Origin: Octopus vulgaris
Lineage: Eukaryota
Direction: 5' to 3'
DNA length: 64,000 bases
Assembly: GCA_951406725.2 (NCBI GenBank)
Contig: OX597821.1
Location: 55,180,001 to 55,244,000, forward strand
The first letter of the stretch is position 1; every line of letters begins with the position of its first letter. Position numbers and translations under genes: made by a program. The notes under the pieces were generated by a model, which had not been told where the DNA came from, ran no database searches, and saw nothing but the letters and a program-made list of their open reading frames with translations. This document shows, in pieces, positions 55,460 through 64,000 of the stretch.

Positions 55460-56114
55460 ATTTACAACCATTCCCTTTTTTCTCTCCCTTTCTCTTACTA
55501 CTCCTCCTCCCTCCCATCACTGACACGTGGCCAGAGGTCCACTGCCTTTCTGACTACTACTTACAACAAGTGTAGACGGCTTATTCTGTCCCCCTCAAGC
55601 CTTTTTCAAAGAGTTCAAAATAATTTTTCCTTCGTTCAGGATTAACAGCCCTTAATGTTTGTGTTACTGTTATTCTCCTTGTCCTGTCTTTTACTGTTTT
55701 TATTTGTATTGTCTTTACTGTCCTGTTTTTGTTACCACTTTTACCCCTCCGCAAAAAATCTCAAATTGTTTATTTAATTTGTTTTGCGGGAAGGATTGAT
55801 TCGACGGAGTCGTGTCTCGCCTTTACCTTCGAAACACGGAGTAGACGAAACAGTGGCTGAAGAAGGGGGTATTTTCCTTGTATTGTATGTCTTGTACTCT
55901 GTTTTTTCATTGTTTTTTTTTTAAATGCCCGTTTCTTTGGTTTTGTGTTTATGTTTTCATTTCTCATTGCGTTCGACGTTTTTTGGTGTCCTGTACCCAT
56001 ATATGCATGTATATATACATATAGATGTAGGTACGTACATATATGTATGTACATATGCATGTTTTATTTATTATTTTGTTATTATATGATGGAACGCCAC
56101 GCATCCACTTCCAA

Positions 56115-56115
<1 letters not shown>
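55460..56115 (+). repeat. Interspersed pyrimidine-rich repeat (pLTR-like) with a hairpin at 55744-55794
   Basis: ccctccgcaaaa...ttttgcgggaagg. The 3' part (tatacat.tagatgtaggtacgta) recurs at ~3482-3545. Confidence 0.5.
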
Positions 56116-56177
<62 letters not shown>

Positions 56178-56518
56178 TATTTATGTACACATACGTGCCG
56201 CTTTTTTCTAATGGCAAGAAATCTTGAAATAAAACTCAACAATGACATACATATATACATAATATACACATATAAATAAATCTACATGCGCTTGTATATA
56301 AGTGTATATGAAATAAACAGAAACTAAAATAGGTATGGATTTTTAAAATATGAATAGATATAATTCGTACCTAGAATATAAACGGAAGCATTGGTGTATA
56401 TTAGTATTTCGATACTCGTAAGTGTAAACATATGTTTATGCATTCGCATACACATATATATTTATACACATACATAAATATATATTCACATACCTATATA
56501 ACATACATATATTTATAT

Positions 56519-56569
<51 letters not shown>

Positions 56570-56735
56570 ATGATAATAATATTAGGGTGTATGGCTCCAA
56601 ACTTACAGGGAAAAATTAGATTTAGGATTAAATCAAATTTCACAGTGGTTTTATCTCTAATTCATATTATATATATATATGCATACATATATATATACAT
56701 ACACACACACACGCCCGCATATATATATATTTCAG

Positions 56736-56884
56736 TGATCTGATGAGCTAGCTATGTATAATTTGTGAATATACAAATGGAATGTATGATAATGCGCATA
56801 CATATTGATGTAAACTTGTAATATATTTTCTTGCACACTGATCTCTGACACTACTTAAAAAAAGTTGCGAAACGGCCGTAATCA
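56736..56884 (+). ncRNA. Hammerhead ribozyme motif, canonical core, ~110-nt stem II insertion
   Basis: TGAT-CTGATGA-gc(t)agct...agttgc-GAAA-CGGCCG-TA-ATCA. Confidence 0.8.
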
Positions 56885-56952
56885 TATGGAAATTACATGC
56901 TTAAATATATAAAGAATATATTCAAATTTTAAACCTCCTACGCACACACATA

Positions 56953-57168
56953 CAGTCGTGACCAAAAGTTTGAAATAAAGATCCGAAAATTAAATTTTTT
57001 TATATTAAACGCCTAGAATTATATTTAATTTGCAATATATCATTACTAGGCCAAAAGTTTGGAATATAGGTCTGAAAATTATTAGGTGAGTATATATTTG
57101 AATCGAATTGTACTTTGGCATAACAATTCTAATTTTTAAAAAGATGTTCCAAACTTTAGGTGACGACT

Positions 57169-57169
<1 letters not shown>
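56953..57169. mobile_element. Tc1-type MITE
   Basis: TA|CAGTCGTGACCAAAAGTTTG ... CAAACTTTAGGTGACGACTG|TA, with an internal direct repeat ccaaaagtttggaata at ~57051. Confidence 0.85.
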
Positions 57170-57213
<44 letters not shown>

Positions 57214-57317
57214 TACAGACATACACACATACACACACACGCGCGCACACGTTCGAATTTCATATATGTGTTCATGAGTATATATGTATATATGAGTATA
57301 TGTGTATGTGTATATAT

Positions 57318-57621
57318 CACGCGATCACGCGACCGACCAGACCATCAGGTGTTGTTACACATCGCTGGTCACAATGCGTTCGCATTGTTTTAGCCTTCGA
57401 ATGACGCCACCCCGCTGGCTAAGCGAGCAGGCCAAGAGAAGAAAGAGTGGGAGAAAGAGTGGTGAAAGAGTACAGCAGGGATCACCACCCCCTGCCGTAG
57501 CCTCGTGGAGCATTTAGGTGTTTTCGCTCAATAAACACTCAGAATGCCCGGTCTGGGAATCGAAACCACGATCCTGCGACCGAGAGTCCGCTGCCCTAAC
57601 CACTAGGCCATTGCACCTCCA
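57318..57621 (-). mobile_element. tRNA-derived SINE family 2
   Basis: Reverse complement of 47198-47490 with box B GGTTTCGATTCCC. Confidence 0.9.
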
Positions 57622-58060
57622 TGTGTATATATAGAAATACCTATATAAAAAATAACAATATTAAACAGTGGAGTGTTTTTATCTTTTGAAATGCCGTTAC
57701 CGATATATTATGACAGAGATTGAGATATAGTTGTGGAGTAATTATTCCCATAGAAAAGAGATAATACAAGCAGAATATCAAATAATCTTTATTTCAGTTA
57801 TAAAAATCAATCAGGTACATTATGCTACAACTTTGTTGTTTACTAGTGTAGCTTTATCACACCTCAGGTATATGTAAGTAAAATGAAGATGAGAACATAA
57901 TTAGAGAAGGCATCAATACAATAGCTGAAATTTTCAATTTCAATAAGTTTCCTTTCAGGTAAACATACACAAACTCTCCATTTTCATCTTCTTACAGATA
58001 ATAGATAACTCATAACGTACACAAATACATGTGTATTTTTTAAAAATATATGTACACACG

Positions 58061-58117
<57 letters not shown>

Positions 58118-58149
58118 GTATATATACATATATATACGCATACATGATA

Positions 58150-58286
58150 TATCTTTCTGTTGAAGAGCGTAGGCTCGAAACGTGAAAGACTTGTTTTATT
58201 TACATTCCTGAGCGCCATACTAATACAATTATTTGTTTGCATTCCACCTGCCCTCGTCTTTTGTTTATTTTCATAAAGCTTCCCGT

Positions 58287-58288
<2 letters not shown>
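58150..58288 (+). mobile_element. HHR cassette family A, copy 4 (HHR motif 58152-58189)
   Basis: tcttt-CTGTTGAA-gagc-gtag-gctc-GAAA-cg-TG-aaaga, lying between TA-rich microsatellites. Confidence 0.8.
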
Positions 58289-58317
<29 letters not shown>

Positions 58318-58394
58318 TTATATCAAGTAAAAGTGTATATACATACATATATATATGTATATATATATATATATATATATGTATATACATACAT

Positions 58395-58437
<43 letters not shown>

Positions 58438-58860
58438 GGCGTAGGAGAGGCTGTGTGGTAAGTAGCTTGCTTACAAACCACATGGTTCCGGGTTCAGTTC
58501 CACTGCATGGCACCTTGGGCAAGTGTCTTCTACTATAGCCTCGGGCCGACCAAATCCTTGTGAGTGGACTTGGTAGACGGAAACTGAAAGTATCCCGTCG
58601 TATATATGTGTGTGTGTGTATATGTTTGCATGAGTGTGGATACATAACTTTACTTAATTTGTAATTGTGTCTGTGTTTGTCCCCCCAACATCGCCTGACA
58701 ACCGATGCTGGTGTGTTTACGTGCCCGTAAATTAGCGGTTCGGCAAATGAAACCGATAGAATAGTACTAGGCTTACAAAGAATAAGTCCTGGGTTCGATT
58801 TGCTCGACGAAAGGCGGTGCTCCAACATGGCCACAGTCAAATGACTGAACCAAGTAAAAT
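58438..58860 (+). mobile_element. tRNA-derived SINE family 1, full length
   Basis: ggcgtaggagaGGCTGTGTGGtaag..GGTTCAGTTCC, conserved body, 3' gactgaaccaagtaaaa. Confidence 0.9.
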
Positions 58861-58922
58861 TGTATATACATACATATATACATATATACATATATACATA
58901 TATATATGTATACACATACATG

Positions 58923-58959
<37 letters not shown>

Positions 58960-59424
58960 TCACACACATTGTATACACATACATATACATAAACACATAT
59001 AAATATATATTCCGAGAGGAAGTAAGCTAAATTTGCACACTCATATGTATATATGCAGTAACGTCTGCACGAATGTGGATACATAATTTTAGGCAATTTG
59101 TTCTGTAAGGAAGTGTACGTGCATATGTGTCTTTTTCTAGTAAAGTAATGACAAGAAAAGAAATCAAAATGTCAAAGTAGCTTCGTAATATCATTACGTC
59201 TCATTTAATATCTTTCAGTGAGAAAACTGATAAGAAATAGTTTCAAGCGGAACAAATGGACACAGAAGGAGAAAACATTACAAGGATGAAATAAATTGGT
59301 TTTTTAACATAGATATTTAGCGGCTCTTTACAAAAAATAATGAACTATCTCTTAAAAAATGTCGATTAGTACTTTAACCTACTTGAAGAATTTTATCTAT
59401 TGCGCCTCCCCCTTCTTCTCCCCC

Positions 59425-59462
59425 TCTTCTTCTTCTTCTTCTTCTTCTTTTTCTTCTTCTTC

Positions 59463-59560
<98 letters not shown>
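59425..59560. repeat. (TTC)n-(TTA)n compound microsatellite
   Basis: Direct inspection. Confidence 0.95.
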
Positions 59561-59561
<1 letters not shown>

Positions 59562-61520
59562 TCAGTAGTTCATGGTATTTTATTTATTATGTATTTCATT
59601 TTGAAGTTTGGTGACAACAAGTCTCCTTAAATCACAAGAACCTCCTTCAGGAATCTTTCAGAATATGGGTTGTGGAACTATCTGCAGGTTGACAAGGCAA
59701 ATTTCAATTCCAATCGCTTTCACTCTTGTAGATAATATTTTGAGTGTTGTCCAGTGCATCAGTTACTTAGGAATAATTTTTCTCTTGGTTTGTGTTTATA
59801 TCACTTTTCTTTGTTTCGAAGATACACGTTCGGCTAACATGCCAATCCAATCTTTTGCCAACGCAGTCACGTCAGCGCTTATACTCCTTTTGTGCTAATG
59901 TACTCCACTCACTCAAAATATATCTTGTTTCCTTTCCTCCAGATTCCGCGTTTGCTGTCTTAGTTTTGTCAATCTTTGCCTTTAAAAGATTTGTTCGAAG
60001 GGTTTCTTCCAGAGCGGTTAACTTATCGTTTCTATTTGTCGTTTCAAGTTCCCGCTCGTCAAACAAAGCCAACAAGTTCCCACAGTAAGTAGTCTGAATT
60101 GACCTTGTAGTTCCACTTCTTTCTATTTGTTTGTTCTGTTGTACTTCCTTTTCTCTTTGAATTCTCCTACTGTTCTGTTTCAGTCACTTTTTGAGTACTT
60201 CTGTTTGCCAATAGTGTTCTTTTACTCTGTACAACAAAGCTCCTCGGGCCCAGCATCACAGTATCGACAGAGCCTTCTGGGTTTAGTAATTAGCCATAAC
60301 CTTTCCTTCTTGGCTGATAGAGTTGGTCGGTACTAATATTAGGATAGAGTGCACTGTACATTGCTAACAACTTTCAAGTCTTTTTTGCTTGCTCAAGTTC
60401 TTCAGCTCAATCTTTATTCATTTCAGAAACGGAGCAGAGTATCTCAGTACTGAGAAAGCCAATGGCTCTAATGATATTCCCTCCATTTAATTCTTTCGTC
60501 GAACACCTTCCTAATTTTGCTCTTGTAATCTTTAGTGACTTCCTCTCTCTCATTTCTCCTTCCACTATCTTATCGTTTTGCGGCACTCCTAGGTATTTGT
60601 ATCTCTCAATTTTTCTCATGCTGTTGTTGTCAAGTAGTAATTTTATGCCGTTAGACATAAATTTTCTGAGATTTTACAAAAGCAACAAAAATATTTTTTG
60701 ATTTAGACATTAACTTTCGGTCTTTCCTCATAATTAGTACTCCATACTTCATTGTAATGACTTTAATGAATAGTCACAAAGTTTGAATCAGAGAATTCGG
60801 TTCTCTCATTTTCGTATACGTCTTCAGATCATCCACATAAAGTAAGTGATTTATTCTCAACTTCGTTTTGGTAAACTCATAGGCAGGCCTGGATTTTCTC
60901 AGTATACTTGTCAGAGGGAGTAGCACAATGACGAAGAGTAAATGAGAGATTAAGTCTCATTGGAAAATGCCCCTGCATATTTTCACGTTATCTAGCGATT
61001 CATTTGTACATGTCAGTTCTACTTCCAACCCTTTCATTGCTTTCTCAAAAAATTTGTCTATCTTCTCATTGATTCCGAGGGTCCTCAGACACTGTAAGAT
61101 CCAGCTGTGTATGATATTATCGTATGCTTTCCTGTAAACTATCCATCGAACTGGTAAATTCTTTCTCATTACTTGTACCTCATTTTACATTCTGCTGTCT
61201 ATATATATATCTTTTTTGTTTTTCTGGCCTTATGTTCTTCTTTTCCAGAGAATTATATACTTCATCTGACATGAGACCAGTTGATAGTTTCCAGAGAAAT
61301 AGTAAGCAACAATAGGTCTATAATTGCTGACTTTCCCACTCTTTTTTTCCTTCTGTATCAGTCCTGTTTTTTGCCCAGAATTTTCTTGATGCTTCAGCAT
61401 CTGGCATATAATTTTTCTGGTGCTCTTCTTCATTGTTCAGTTGTTTATAGAATTTTCTTTTGTTGCTCATGAAGAGTCTATTCTGCAGAAAATGATTTGT
61501 TCTCTGTCGGTATCTTTCTT
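59561..61520 (-). mobile_element. Old degenerate R4/Dong-type retrotransposon with its 3' end in (TAA)n
   Basis: NYRPI, WIVYRKAYD, RGIFQ, HLLYVDDLK, YKYLG, ETRYILSEWSTLAQKEYKR. The 3' terminus aactactga matches the element at 38841. Confidence 0.8.
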
Positions 61521-61559
61521 TTAACCCGACACTGCTTAGTTCTTTAATTACTTACTATT

Positions 61560-62509
61560 TCCAGTCCTTTGTCACATGTTGTACTGAGGCCCGAACAGAA
61601 CGTCCAATTGAGTTTGATGTGAAAATCCTTTTAGCAGAACTTGAAAAGGTCATGCAGTTTCAGTTAAAGAATTGGCAAGCAGGTTTTGTTCAAGCCATAC
61701 AACTGCTCACCGTCATCTTCAACAACGTGGAAAGTTCCCCAAAACGTGGGAAATGCGTGCCTCATGATTCGTCTGAAGCCATCAGCAAATATCGAGTGGA
61801 CAGCTGCTCTTATCTTCGTTCTTGTGAATTCATCCCGCACGTTTTGAAGAGACTGGTGACAGGTGATGAAAAATGGTCTGCTATTAAATTGTTAAGCGTC
61901 GTAGACATTGGCTTGGTGAAGGGGAAAACCCAACCACAACTGGGAAGAGAACTCTATGCAAAGAAGGTTATTCTCTCTGATTGATGGGATTGCAGAGGAG
62001 TCATCCACTTTGAGTTGCTACCAACTAATGCAACAACCAATGTTCAAATCTATTGTCAACTATTAGAGCGTTTGAACGCTGCTTTGAAGAAAAATGGCCT
62101 GCTTTTGTGAATCAAAATGGAGTGGTGTTTCATCAGGACAATGCAAGACTCCACACTGCAAATATATCGTTACAGAATATAGAGAAACTTGGCAGGGAGA
62201 AAATTGCTCACTCAACCTTATTCCCCAGACCTTATTCCTTCAGATTAGAGGTTTTAATCTTGCGTAGTTTACAGAATCATTTCGATGGATTAACTCTCGA
62301 AACAACTGATGATGTAAAAACCGACCTCTCAGAGTTCTCTTCGATGCCGAAAGAGTTTTTCAACAAGGGACTGAAAAGCTTATGAGGTGATGGAAAGATT
62401 TTATAGGTAATCATGGAAACTATATTTATAATTAAGTTTCATTAAATGTAAGACTTGATTACTTGCCTTCCTTATTTAAAATCTGGACATTACTGATTGA
62501 ATGACCTGT
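61560..62509 (+). mobile_element. Degenerate mariner (DD34D-type) transposon, catalytic region and right TIR
   Basis: WVPH-like CVPHD, LVTGDEKW, WDCRGVIHFELL, FHQDNARLH; TIR-like ggacattactgattgaatgacctg. Confidence 0.85.
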
Positions 62510-62779
62510 TTTCTATGGAATAAGTTTTATTTTTTATTGTCCCCTTCAACTATCTATTGCACTCCTGATTACTACCTATATATAACCGCTTCCATATAAA
62601 TATTGCGTTCTTGGTTTCCCTCTCTAAAACCTCTAACAGGAAATGTTTTACATGTCTCTCCTATATGCAGAATTTTGTAATTCCTATTAATAAATGAAAC
62701 ATGGGTCATAGTGAATAAATAATATCAGAAAGGACATAATGAAAATTAATATGCACAAGTCAAATTTTGCAACACCTCT

Positions 62780-63291
62780 ACATCACATATGAAAAAAATG
62801 ACATCGCTTAAATAGCAGCCATTTTCGGCTTCACACGCCCGTGCTCTTCCCAAAACTTGCACCATAACACCCTCAAGAGCTTCAGACACCACATCTTTGA
62901 TTTCTCTATTGATGTTCTTTTTCGGTTGCACCAGAGTCTCTGGTTTCTTGGCGTAAACCCTCTATTTCAGGTTTCCATGACTGAAACCTTTTTGCCCCCG
63001 ACCATTCAAAGTAGACTTCACACATAGTTCCAGCAAGATGGGGCAACTACTGACACCACAAGGAAAACAATGCAGTTACTACGGCAGTGCTTTGGAGAGA
63101 GTATAATCTCCAGCTACAGCAATATCAAGTGGCCTTCACGTTCCCCAAACTTGACTAGCCCGGATTGTTTCGAATGAATATTGATTCCCAGTATATCCTT
63201 TATATCGTATCGAAATTCCATGTATTTAGTTGTAAGGTTAAGGAAGTTATTAAAAACTGAAACTCATCGGCGACTTTTGGGACACACCCTG
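62780..63291. mobile_element. Rearranged Tc1/mariner (maT/rosa-like) remnant
   Basis: Minus strand: RVYAKKPETL..RARACEAENG. Plus strand: FQQDGATTDT..WPSRSPNLTSPD. Terminus gggacacaccctg|TA. Confidence 0.75.
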
Positions 63292-63340
<49 letters not shown>

Positions 63341-63344
63341 TATG

Positions 63345-63376
<32 letters not shown>

Positions 63377-64000
63377 CATGCACGCATGCACCCACGAACG
63401 CACACACAGACACACACGCATACATGGATAATGGACTAAACCAGAATTGATATAACATTCTTCAGGCCTGCAATGGCACAATGGCACCTTGCATCCACTT
63501 TTCATTCATGAAAAGAATATGGTGAATGATTTGTACAATGGGTGGAACAAACTTAGCAAGATTTGTAGAACCTAATTTTGTTGGCCATCTAGATGATATG
63601 TTAACTCTATGAAATTTCAAATCGATTCTTGACTTATCTATTAACTGCTCTAAGCCATATTTTTATTGAGTAGTGTTTCCGTTAGTGCTGACGTTTATGT
63701 ATCCATATACGTATGCATATTACAAAGGAATATACATAAAAGAAATAGCGGGTTTCATGTTGCAAATGGATTATAAATCCAAACAGCAGCTGAAGAATGG
63801 ACTACAGTTGGGTTGTATGAATTGAATAGACAGCCTAAATACGCGTTTGTGCATGCATGTATAAGTGCATAGATGTGCACGTTTGGAAACATGGATTAAG
63901 TTATACAAAGAGATGAGTTTAGAGGTATTTTATGTAAATTTCACCTTATATGTGTTTATCTCTGCCTTACATTTACATTTCAAAAATTTACAAAACAATT

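Noticed and set aside
56953-57169. Three spaced ~25-bp repeats suggestive of a CRISPR-like array
   Set aside because: They are the TIRs and inner direct repeat of a Tc1 MITE in a eukaryotic context.

Overview
Repeat-dominated, AT-rich animal genomic DNA. The SINE families and the density of (TA)n/(CA)n/(TAA)n tracts suggest an Octopus-type cephalopod (inference). I could not support any host protein-coding exon, tRNA or rRNA gene, and most short ORFs in the track are microsatellite or antisense artefacts. The window holds a young Neptune-type Penelope-like element (PLE) in a head-to-head inverted arrangement (1-3444). It also holds a 5'-truncated R4/Dong RT-RLE retrotransposon in (TAA)n (38841-42122) with older relatives, and a full-length APE-RT CR1-group LINE (47903-52550) whose ORF1 combines a Myb/SANT-like domain with two CCCH fingers. 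Smaller or decayed elements include HERO, L1/Tx1, CR1, RTE and PLE relics, mariner/Tc1 derivatives, MITEs, two non-autonomous Helitrons and three tRNA-derived SINE families. The most notable signal is about ten type-I minimal hammerhead-ribozyme (HHR) motifs from several unrelated sequence families. Only one is attached to a PLE ORF; the rest sit in short non-coding cassettes, often between microsatellites. This suggests a population of ribozyme-bearing non-autonomous PLE satellites, including a 4-copy family with a non-canonical core (CUG-U-K-GA-A).
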